DNA from: Oceanispirochaeta sp.
GTDB lineage: Bacteria > Spirochaetota > Spirochaetia > DSM-2461
Length of the DNA: 64,000 nt
Assembly: GCA_963663385.2 (NCBI GenBank)
Contig: CAXXXD010000004.1
Location: forward strand, 416,001-480,000
Reading direction: 5' to 3'
Shown: positions 56,489-64,000 of the stretch, piece after piece
Numbering within the stretch: the stretch's first letter is position 1
Layout: each line of letters starts with the position of its first letter
Notes under the pieces: generated by a model
Told to the model about the DNA's origin: nothing
The model's database searches: none
Seen by the model: the letters and a program-made list of their open reading frames with translations, nothing else
Program-made: the position numbers and the translations under genes

Positions 56489-57079
56489 TTATTGATTTGG
56501 AATATGCTCCTTACTCAATGATCTTGTTCCGTAAAGATGCTGACGTACTAATAAATCCATCATATGACTAGCCCAATCTTTTCCGCGGTAATGACGGGCG
56601 ATCTCAAAAACACCCTCCATAAAGTTTGTTGCAAGGATGTGAAATAGAATTTCATCATAAACTGTTCCTCTAAAGACCGGAGTCAACTTTAAGTGCTCAG
56701 TAACAACTGCGATCAGATCATCCTTGGTTCCCTCAAAACGGCTCCCCTCACTCTTATCTATCAGAATAACAATCTCCTTATGATAGTTCTCAATACATTT
56801 AAGAATTATCAGGAGTTCATGTTTGTAGAGGTTGTCTTCCGGATTATCAGACATCTCTTCTGTCAATACGATAGTATTAAGCTGATTCCTGACTGGAGAA
56901 ACAATCTGTTCAAAAAGATCATTCTTGTTTTTAAAATAAGAGTAGATCAGACCAAGGGGTATACCGGCACCTTTGGCAATTGAGGTTACCCTCGCACCTC
57001 TGAAGTTATTTGAATAAAACTCCCGGAGAGCAGAAATCATGATCTTTTCACGTATCTCATCCTTAAGCACCTGCGGCAT
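56489..57079 (-). CDS. TetR/AcrR-family regulator
   Basis: MPQVLKDEIREKI...SIAKGAGIPLGLIYSYFKNKNDLF. Confidence 0.9.
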   Translation of the reverse strand: MPQVLKDEIREKIMISALREFYSNNFRGARVTSIAKGAGIPLGLIYSYFKNKNDLFEQIVSPVRNQLNTIVLTEEMSDNPEDNLYKHELLIILKCIENYHKEIVILIDKSEGSRFEGTKDDLIAVVTEHLKLTPVFRGTVYDEILFHILATNFMEGVFEIARHYRGKDWASHMMDLLVRQHLYGTRSLSKEHIPNQ

Positions 57080-57112
57080 TATCAATACTCCTTGTCTTTG
57101 TCTGCGAGAACG

Positions 57113-57757
57113 TTATCGGATTCTTCGGCCGATCCGGTACGCTTTTTCCATTAGTTTATCCTTTTTTCCGGGGCGGAACCGGAAAAGTGTGTCGGTGAAC
57201 ACGATTTTTTGCATCACCTTTCCCTTCAGGTTATGAACATAGGTGCTGAGGCTTTTCATTGTATTGGGAAGATCGCCGGAAAGCCAGGCGGAAGGTTGCG
57301 GCAGGGTCAGGGCAACCGCCAGGATAAATTTCTTTCTTCCGAATTCCTTTTTCGGGCCGAAATTCCCCAGTTCTTTTTTCATTGTCCCCAGTTTTTCGGG
57401 AAGGCTCTTCTTGTATACCTGATTGATTCCTTCTGGCTGGTACATCGCGTAACCGGTGTGCCGGTCGAAGAAAGCCTTCATAATGGCGGTAACCCCTCCC
57501 CAGTAGACGGGCGTTCCGAGCACGATGACATCGGCCGCTTCCACCTTGCAGTAAATCTTTTCAAAGTCGTCCTCGATCACGCACTTGCCCTTTTGGGCGC
57601 AGGCCCAGCATCCGCGGCAGAATTCGATGCGGTAATCGTAGAGGTTGATCCTTTCGGCTTCATGTCCATTCTCCGATGCGCCCTGCAGGATTTTGTCACA
57701 CATGCCGGCGATATTGCCTTTTCTTCGGTTGGTGCCGATGATGGCCAGTACTTTCAT
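57113..57757 (-). CDS. Flavodoxin / iron-sulfur flavoprotein (NADPH-dependent FMN reductase family)
   Basis: GTNRRKGN, CRGCWAC....C.I.DD, GTPVYWG, KAFFDR. Confidence 0.88.
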   Translation of the reverse strand: MKVLAIIGTNRRKGNIAGMCDKILQGASENGHEAERINLYDYRIEFCRGCWACAQKGKCVIEDDFEKIYCKVEAADVIVLGTPVYWGGVTAIMKAFFDRHTGYAMYQPEGINQVYKKSLPEKLGTMKKELGNFGPKKEFGRKKFILAVALTLPQPSAWLSGDLPNTMKSLSTYVHNLKGKVMQKIVFTDTLFRFRPGKKDKLMEKAYRIGRRIR

Positions 57758-57771
57758 CTGCTCTTCCTATA

Positions 57772-57795
57772 TATATTGAAATTGATTTCAGTATT
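57772..57795. promoter_or_regulatory. Second candidate TetR operator (upstream of flavodoxin-tetR)
   Basis: TATATTGAAATTGATTTCAGTATT, 19/24 identical to 56404-56427. Confidence 0.65.
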
Positions 57796-58009
57796 CATAG
57801 AAGGTTTAACTTTGTCAATTAGTATTAGCTATTAATGTTGACATATCTGAATTACTGGTGTATCTGTTCTCTTTCAATATCCTACCGTGGATGTAAAACG
57901 AGAGAGTCCATGACTAGGGGAAACGAGGGTTGGAAGAAATCTCCTCTTGTTTTCCGTAAAAATATTCAATATCTTATATATAGATTCTTGAAAAAGATGG
58001 AGGATATAG

Positions 58010-58324
58010 ATGCCCGAACTGCCCAGAAGTTTTGATGATCTGATTAATAAAAGTGATCTGCCCGTACTGGTCGATTTTTATGCGGACTGGTGCGGCCCCT
58101 GCAAAATGGTCAGTCCTGTCATTGCCCGGCTCGCCAAAGAGTACAAGGGGCGGCTGACAACAGTGAAAATCAATACGGAAAAGAAGCCCGCCATTGCCGG
58201 ACGGTATTCCATACAGTCCATTCCCACGATTATGCTTTTTTATAAAGGGAAACAGCTGATGCGCCTGCAGGGAGCCTATCCCTATGAATCATTAAAGGCT
58301 GAGCTGGAGAAATCCCTTCCTTAG
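58010..58324 (+). CDS. trxA: Thioredoxin
   Basis: VDFYADWCGPCK, SIPT; GGAGG RBS. Confidence 0.95.
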   Translation: MPELPRSFDDLINKSDLPVLVDFYADWCGPCKMVSPVIARLAKEYKGRLTTVKINTEKKPAIAGRYSIQSIPTIMLFYKGKQLMRLQGAYPYESLKAELEKSLP

Positions 58325-58495
58325 GAAGCTCCTTCCACCGATCTTCCGGAGGGATTATGGAACAATTGATTATTCCTCTCCTTGTGAAGGGGGGAGGGGA
58401 GGTCCGGATTCAGAAACAATAAAAAACTTTCATATATGTGCCATGATATGACACGTTGACGACTTATCCTCAGTTTATCCTATTAAAAAGGCAGG

Positions 58496-58714
58496 TTGAA
58501 GATGAGAAAAATCATGATTCTGAATGAAAGCGACTTTAACGGAGAGCCCGGTGATCTTGCGACTCTGGGGTTCTCAATGAAAGGGGCGGACTCCCAGGTT
58601 GACGATATTTTTATGATCCAGCCCTATAATACAATCAAGTGTCTGAAAACCTCTTCAGACTATCAGGGGCAATATTCGGTGGCCGATTTTGTAAAATATG
58701 TTCTGAACCAGTGA
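58496..58714 (+). CDS. Small hypothetical protein
   Basis: 70-72 aa ORF filling the intergenic space, with purine-rich RBS and plausible composition. Confidence 0.55.
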   Translation: MKMRKIMILNESDFNGEPGDLATLGFSMKGADSQVDDIFMIQPYNTIKCLKTSSDYQGQYSVADFVKYVLNQ

Positions 58715-58801
58715 TCATTTTCCTTCCTGATTGTTGACAACTGATCCCGTTGCCCTTACCATTGTCCGCTGAAAGAAGACATTTTCTCTAAAGGATTGAA
58801 T

Positions 58802-59800
58802 ATGAAGAAAATACTGTTGGCGGTTATCACTGTTTCCGTCATGTTTTTAAGCTGCGGGAGCAAGGAACTTCCCGAAGGGGCCGTTGCCGTAGTCAATAAA
58901 ACTGTTATCACCCTTGATGACTTCAATGCGGAACTGGATATGTTCAAAGGCCAGTACGAAGCTCAGGGAATGGCTGTTTCCGAGGGTGACCTTGAAAAGG
59001 TAAAACCTCAGCTGCTGGATTCCATGATTGTAAAAGTACTGCTCCTGGCAAAAGCGGAAGACCTCAAAATCACTGCAGATGAGCAAGCCATCACCACACA
59101 GATTGAAGGATTCAAGCAGCAGTTCGGTTCGGAAGAAGCATTTGCGGAAGCCTTGAAAGCCAATAATTTTACAGAAGAAAAACTGGTTGCCGATCTGGGG
59201 GAACAGTCCCTGATTCAGCAGCTCTTTGAACAGGAAGTCTACGGAGACATCGTTATTGACGAAGAGGCTATGAAAGCTTTCTACGAAGAGAATAAGGATG
59301 CCATGTTTCAGATGCCCGAATCTGTTGAAGCCAGCCATATCCTGGTAATGGTTAACGATACGCAGAATGAAGCGGAAGCTCTCAGTAAGATCCTGGATAT
59401 CAAAGCCAGAATCGATGCCGGTCTGGATTTCGGTGAAGCGGCTCTTCAGTACTCTGAAGGTCCCAGCAATACCCAGAAGGGATACCTCGGTCAGTTCGGC
59501 AGGGGACAGATGGTTCCCGAATTTGAAAATGCCGCTTTCACTCAGGACGTGGGTGTGGTGGGAGAACCTGTTCTGACCCAGTTCGGTTATCACCTGATTC
59601 TGACTACCGCGAAAAATGAAGCGTCCACCATCAGTTTCGATGAATCAAAGGGTTTTATCGAACAGCAGATGAGCCAGGAAGAGTATCAAACCAAATCCGT
59701 CGAGTTTATTGAGAATCTGAAAAAGAAAGCTAAAATCACTCTGCCGGAATGGGCCATGCCAAAAGAAGAAGAGAGTGTAAATCTCCAGACAACAGGCTGA
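58802..59800 (+). CDS. PpiC-type peptidyl-prolyl isomerase lipoprotein (PrsA/SurA-like)
   Basis: Lipobox FLSC; ASHILV, YSEGPS..KG.LG.F.RGQMVPEFE, TQFGYHLI. Confidence 0.92.
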   Translation: MKKILLAVITVSVMFLSCGSKELPEGAVAVVNKTVITLDDFNAELDMFKGQYEAQGMAVSEGDLEKVKPQLLDSMIVKVLLLAKAEDLKITADEQAITTQIEGFKQQFGSEEAFAEALKANNFTEEKLVADLGEQSLIQQLFEQEVYGDIVIDEEAMKAFYEENKDAMFQMPESVEASHILVMVNDTQNEAEALSKILDIKARIDAGLDFGEAALQYSEGPSNTQKGYLGQFGRGQMVPEFENAAFTQDVGVVGEPVLTQFGYHLILTTAKNEASTISFDESKGFIEQQMSQEEYQTKSVEFIENLKKKAKITLPEWAMPKEEESVNLQTTG

Positions 59801-59852
59801 TTTCCCTCACATTTATCTATACCCCTCCGTATAAAATGTTATAATGGGGGGT

Positions 59853-60476
59853 ATGAATAGATATAATCTGGACCAATCCGCCCTTCTGATTGTCGATGTT
59901 CAGAAGGATTTCTGCCCCGGTGGAGCCCTGGCTGTTTCCCGGGGCGATAATATTATCCCCGTTATTAATCGCATAGCGCCGGATTTCCCCGTGGTTGTAG
60001 CTACCCGGGACTGGCATCCCGCCGGTCATATTTCCTTCGCGTCCAGTCATCCCGGCAAGAGCGTATATGACACCGTTGAGGCTGACGGACTGGAGCAGGT
60101 CCTGTGGCCCGATCACTGCGTACAGGGAACCGATGGTGCCGGCTTTCATGACAGCCTCGATATCGGTCCTGTCAGTATGATACTGCACAAGGGTTGTTCC
60201 CCTTCTCTGGATTCCTATTCGGCTTTCTTTGATAACGGGAAAAGGGCTGCCACCGGTCTGGAAGGTTATCTGAAAGGTCTGGGTATTAACACTGTATATA
60301 TATGCGGATTAGCGACTGACTACTGTGTCTTTTTTTCTGCCATGGATGCTGCCCGGGCCGGATTTGAAACCTTTGTAATATCCAACGCGGTCAAAGCGGT
60401 CAATGTCCCCGCAGGGAGTGAAGCGGCTGCAGTGGGCCGGATGGAGAAGGCCGGTATAGGGATGGTAACTTTATGA
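59853..60476 (+). CDS. pncA: Nicotinamidase/pyrazinamidase
   Basis: VDVQKDFCPGGALAV, DWHP, WPDHCV, YSAF, GLATDYCV. Confidence 0.93.
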   Translation: MNRYNLDQSALLIVDVQKDFCPGGALAVSRGDNIIPVINRIAPDFPVVVATRDWHPAGHISFASSHPGKSVYDTVEADGLEQVLWPDHCVQGTDGAGFHDSLDIGPVSMILHKGCSPSLDSYSAFFDNGKRAATGLEGYLKGLGINTVYICGLATDYCVFFSAMDAARAGFETFVISNAVKAVNVPAGSEAAAVGRMEKAGIGMVTL

Positions 60477-61900
60477 ACTGCTCTTCGGCTCTTTTTACCG
60501 ATTTTTACGAACTGACAATGACACAGGGGTATTTTCTCAAGAAACATAACCCCCGGGTTGTATTTGATATGTTTTTCCGGGCCCTTCCCTTTGACGGGGG
60601 GTATGCTGTTTTTGCCGGGCTGGACAGCTTTCTGGAAAATCTGGCTGCCTTCCGTTTTTCAGAAGAAGATATTGCCTATCTCAGAAAGCGTGGGGGATTC
60701 AACCCTGCCTTTCTGGATTATCTATCGGGGTTCTCCTTTCAGGGGGATATCTACAGCATGAGGGAGGGGACGGCCGCTTTTCCCGGAGAACCCATGCTCA
60801 GGGTTGAAGGAACCCTTATTGAGACGCAGCTGATCGAAGGGATGCTGCTGAACCACATCAATTTTCAGACCCTGATTGCGACCAAAACCTCCCGTATCCT
60901 TCAGGCAAGCCGACAGGGAAGTATTATGGAGTTCGGACTCCGGAGAGCACAGGGGCGGGACGGTGCCATGTCCGCTTCGCGGGCTGCCTTTATCGGAGGA
61001 GCTTCGGCCACTTCCAATACTCTGGCCGGTGCGTTATTCCATATTCCCGTCAGCGGAACCATGGCCCACTCCTGGGTCATGTCTTTTGACAGCGAACTGG
61101 AAGCTTTCCGGGATTTTGCAGATATATACGCAGAAAATCCTGTTCTTCTTATTGATACATACGATACTCTGGGAAGCGGAATTGAAAATGCGGTTAAAGT
61201 CGGTCTGGAACTGCAGAAGAAGGGGCGTAACTTCGGTGTGCGCCTGGACAGCGGCGATCTCTGCTATCTGAGTAAAAAAGTCCGTCAGAAGCTGGATGAG
61301 GCAGGGTTGCAAAAGGCTTTTATCGTTGTCTCCAATGATCTGGATGAGTATATCATTGCCCAGCTCATATCAGAGGGCGCGCCCATAGATGCCTGGGGCG
61401 TGGGAACCAGAATGGTAACAGGGGGGAACGACTCATCTCTTACCGGGGTATATAAACTCTCCGCCCGTGAACAGGGAAATTCCATGACTCCGGTTATGAA
61501 AATCTCCAACAACCCGGTTAAGTCTTCTCTCCCCGGTATTAAGCAGGTCTACCGCTTTCGTGATTCATCGGGCCAGTTGATCCGGGATATGATTGCGCTG
61601 GCTGATGAAGAAATTCCACAAACCGGGCCGCTGGAGTTTTTCCATCCCATGATGGAACGAAAATCCTATGTTCTGGATGAGTTTTCCGGGTATGAGCCTC
61701 TACTGATCCCTTTTGTTAAGGCGGGGAACAGGATAGAAGCTGTGGAAAGCCTTCGGGATATGCAGGAGCGTTGCCGGAATCAACTGCTATCGCTGGATGA
61801 AACCTATAAAAGGGCTCTTAATCCCCATGATTACAAGATATCCCTGTCCGGTGAACTGAGACGGCTGAAAAGCCGGCTGGTGGAGGAGTCTAGCCATTGA
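60473..61900 (+). CDS. pncB: Nicotinate phosphoribosyltransferase
   Basis: TDFYELTM, EFGLRRAQG, GTMAHSW, LIDTYD, VRLDSGD, GVGT. Confidence 0.95.
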   Translation: MNCSSALFTDFYELTMTQGYFLKKHNPRVVFDMFFRALPFDGGYAVFAGLDSFLENLAAFRFSEEDIAYLRKRGGFNPAFLDYLSGFSFQGDIYSMREGTAAFPGEPMLRVEGTLIETQLIEGMLLNHINFQTLIATKTSRILQASRQGSIMEFGLRRAQGRDGAMSASRAAFIGGASATSNTLAGALFHIPVSGTMAHSWVMSFDSELEAFRDFADIYAENPVLLIDTYDTLGSGIENAVKVGLELQKKGRNFGVRLDSGDLCYLSKKVRQKLDEAGLQKAFIVVSNDLDEYIIAQLISEGAPIDAWGVGTRMVTGGNDSSLTGVYKLSAREQGNSMTPVMKISNNPVKSSLPGIKQVYRFRDSSGQLIRDMIALADEEIPQTGPLEFFHPMMERKSYVLDEFSGYEPLLIPFVKAGNRIEAVESLRDMQERCRNQLLSLDETYKRALNPHDYKISLSGELRRLKSRLVEESSH

Positions 61901-63020
61901 ATTCATTCTGGATATCCCTGATTTTATCCAGAATGCTCAGAAAGATTTCAACAACATTCGGATCAAAATGCTTCCCCTTTTCTTTCCGGATAAGGGCGAG
62001 GCACTTCTCTTCCGGCCAGGGATCCTTGTATGGACGGCTGCTCCTGAGAGCATCGTATACATCGGCTACGGCAGTAATCCTGGCCTCTATGGGAATCTCT
62101 TCACCCTTCAGGCCCAGGGGATACCCCCCCCCGTCCCAGTGCTCGTGGTGGTTCAGGGCAATATTGGCCGCTGTTTGAATCAGTCTCCGCTCATGCAACC
62201 GGGGATCCGTTTCGACCCAGTTTATATCCGACCGGGAGAAGAAGTTGACGAAACGGTTCGATGTCAGAATTTTCTCCCCGTATTGGCAGTGCTTTTTCAT
62301 GGTTATCCACTCTTCTTCGGTAAGGCGGCCTTCCTTCAGAAGTATGCTGTCGGGTATCCCGATCTTTCCTATATCATGAACAGGGGAGGCAAGCTGCATA
62401 ATATGGATGCTTTCTTCGTCCCATCCCATGTGTCTGGCTATGCAGGCCGAAAATTCGGATACTCTCAGAAAATGGTCTCCCGTTTCGAAATCCCTGTATT
62501 CCGCCGCCTGGGAGAGGATTCCGATAATCTGTTTCCGGGATATGTCCAGCTGGCGGTTCCGGATTTCCAGTTCTCTTGTCCGCTCCTGTACCAGTTCTTC
62601 CAGGTGCTCCTTATAGAGGGTGTTTTCTTTAATCAGTCTGGCTTTTTCCAGTGATTTATCAATGGTATGACTCAGGATGGAAAGATCCTGAACTGGCTTT
62701 ATAAGATAGTCCCAGGCTCCCAGGCGAAGAGCATTTACGGCATCATCCAGCCTGTTGGCCCCGGATATGACTATTACAGGGATATTCAAACCCTTTTCTT
62801 TGATAAACTTCAGAACATCCAGTCCGTCTGCTTCGGGCATACGCAGATCAGTCAGAACAATCTGCGGTTTCTCCTTCTCTACCATTCTCATTCCGATAAG
62901 GCCGTTTTCTGCGGTTAGTACAGTAAACTCCCTGTCTTCCAGATAGTATGTGAAAACCTGACGGATAACAGGTTCGTCGTCAATTATTAATACTTTGATT
63001 TCGGATTCAGCTTCCTGCAT
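61890..63020 (-). CDS. Response regulator with HD-GYP c-di-GMP phosphodiesterase domain
   Basis: REC (IIDDE, TDLRMP, KP); HDIGK, HHEHWDGGGYP, ADVYDAL..RPYK. Confidence 0.93.
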   Translation of the reverse strand: MQEAESEIKVLIIDDEPVIRQVFTYYLEDREFTVLTAENGLIGMRMVEKEKPQIVLTDLRMPEADGLDVLKFIKEKGLNIPVIVISGANRLDDAVNALRLGAWDYLIKPVQDLSILSHTIDKSLEKARLIKENTLYKEHLEELVQERTRELEIRNRQLDISRKQIIGILSQAAEYRDFETGDHFLRVSEFSACIARHMGWDEESIHIMQLASPVHDIGKIGIPDSILLKEGRLTEEEWITMKKHCQYGEKILTSNRFVNFFSRSDINWVETDPRLHERRLIQTAANIALNHHEHWDGGGYPLGLKGEEIPIEARITAVADVYDALRSSRPYKDPWPEEKCLALIRKEKGKHFDPNVVEIFLSILDKIRDIQNEFNG

Positions 63021-63175
63021 ATAATAATTCTAGCTTATCTGCCCGATTACTGCGAGCAAAATTCCCCTGATATTGACACTTCCCGGTTTCTCCGGCGAAA
63101 GAGTATATTTACAGTATTTATACACTCGCTTATACTGCTGTTACTATGAATCAATACGAATAACTGGAGAAAATA

Positions 63176-63985
63176 ATGAAAAAAGGCTTGATTTTGTTTG
63201 TTGCCCTGGCTATCTGTTCTGCTGTGCTTTTTGCAGGGGGAAGTCAGGAGAGCGCATCCGGAGATAACTCTCTGTCCTATATTAAAGATAAGGGTGTTTT
63301 TGTACTCGGTCTGGATGACAGTTTCCCTCCCATGGGTTTTCGGGATGAGAATGGTGAAATTACCGGTTTTGATATAGACCTTGCCAGAGAAGTCTGTAAA
63401 AGAATGGGTGTGGAACTCAAGCTGCAGCCCATTGACTGGGATGCCAAGATTCTGGATCTGAACAGCCGGGATATTGATGTAATCTGGAACGGTCTGACTA
63501 TTACGGATGAGAGAAAAGAGAAAATCTCATTTTCCAAACCCTATATTGCCAATCGCCAGATTGTTATTGTACAGGCTTCCTCCGGTATCAGCACAAAAGC
63601 GGATCTGGCCGGGAAAAAAGTCGGCATCCAGCTCGGAAGCAGTGCGGACGATGCAGTAAACAGCGATGCTGAAACCCTGGCCACTCTGGATGAACTGGTT
63701 AAATTCCAGGACAACGTACAGGCTCTGATGGATCTGGAAGTCGGACGCATCGACGCTGTTGTTGTTGATGAAATTCTGGGGCGTTACTATATCTCGAAGA
63801 AAGCGGGTGTCTTCGCCGTTGCCGATGAAGCTTTTGCTGCCGAAGAGTACGGAATCGGCTTCCGGAAAGGCGAAGAGGCTTTTGTCGCCGAAGTTGACCG
63901 TATCCTGGACGAGATGGTAAAAGACGGTGCTGCCGCTGCTATCTCCAGCAAGTGGTTTGCTGACGACATCCTGATGCCCCGCTGA
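63176..63985 (+). CDS. Amino-acid ABC transporter substrate-binding protein
   Basis: GLDDSFPPMGF, GFDIDLA, IDW, WNGLTITDER, EEYGIGFRK. Confidence 0.92.
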   Translation: MKKGLILFVALAICSAVLFAGGSQESASGDNSLSYIKDKGVFVLGLDDSFPPMGFRDENGEITGFDIDLAREVCKRMGVELKLQPIDWDAKILDLNSRDIDVIWNGLTITDERKEKISFSKPYIANRQIVIVQASSGISTKADLAGKKVGIQLGSSADDAVNSDAETLATLDELVKFQDNVQALMDLEVGRIDAVVVDEILGRYYISKKAGVFAVADEAFAAEEYGIGFRKGEEAFVAEVDRILDEMVKDGAAAAISSKWFADDILMPR

Positions 63986-64000
63986 TGGAATACCTGATAG

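Noticed and set aside
57835..58035. 66-aa ORF upstream of trxA
   Set aside because: No RBS or motif; overlaps the trxA start in another frame.

Overview
Bacterial chromosomal segment, most likely from a free-living anaerobic spirochaete (Spirochaetaceae-like). This is an inference from the 'LFA(N/G)G..E/D' N-termini of the solute-binding proteins and the spirochaete-type LysM/lipoprotein pair. No rRNA, tRNA, CRISPR array, integrase or transposase is visible. In order, the window holds: the 3' part of a fused 2-oxoacid dehydrogenase E1; a ~14.8 kb alpha-galactosidase/sulfatase/ABC sugar island bracketed by an exact 49-bp direct repeat; a Phd-PIN toxin-antitoxin pair; an Fe-ADH/larA-homolog/FadR operon; a PHP-domain gene; two chemoreceptors; an ECF sigma cluster; a DeoR-headed Ni/Co ECF transporter operon divergent from larC-larE-larB (nickel-pincer nucleotide, NPN, biosynthesis); an orphaned TetR; an SrlD-like/SorE-like/FGGY kinase/HAD/transketolase run; a WYL regulator next to a radical SAM gene; a TetR-regulated ABC pair; and trxA, a PPIase, pncA-pncB, an HD-GYP response regulator and an amino-acid binding protein. 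The best candidate for an undescribed system is a dispersed NPN-dependent sugar/sugar-acid catabolic pathway with its own nickel uptake, apparently under sugar-type (DeoR/FadR) regulation. All functional calls come from motif recognition by eye; no database search was run.
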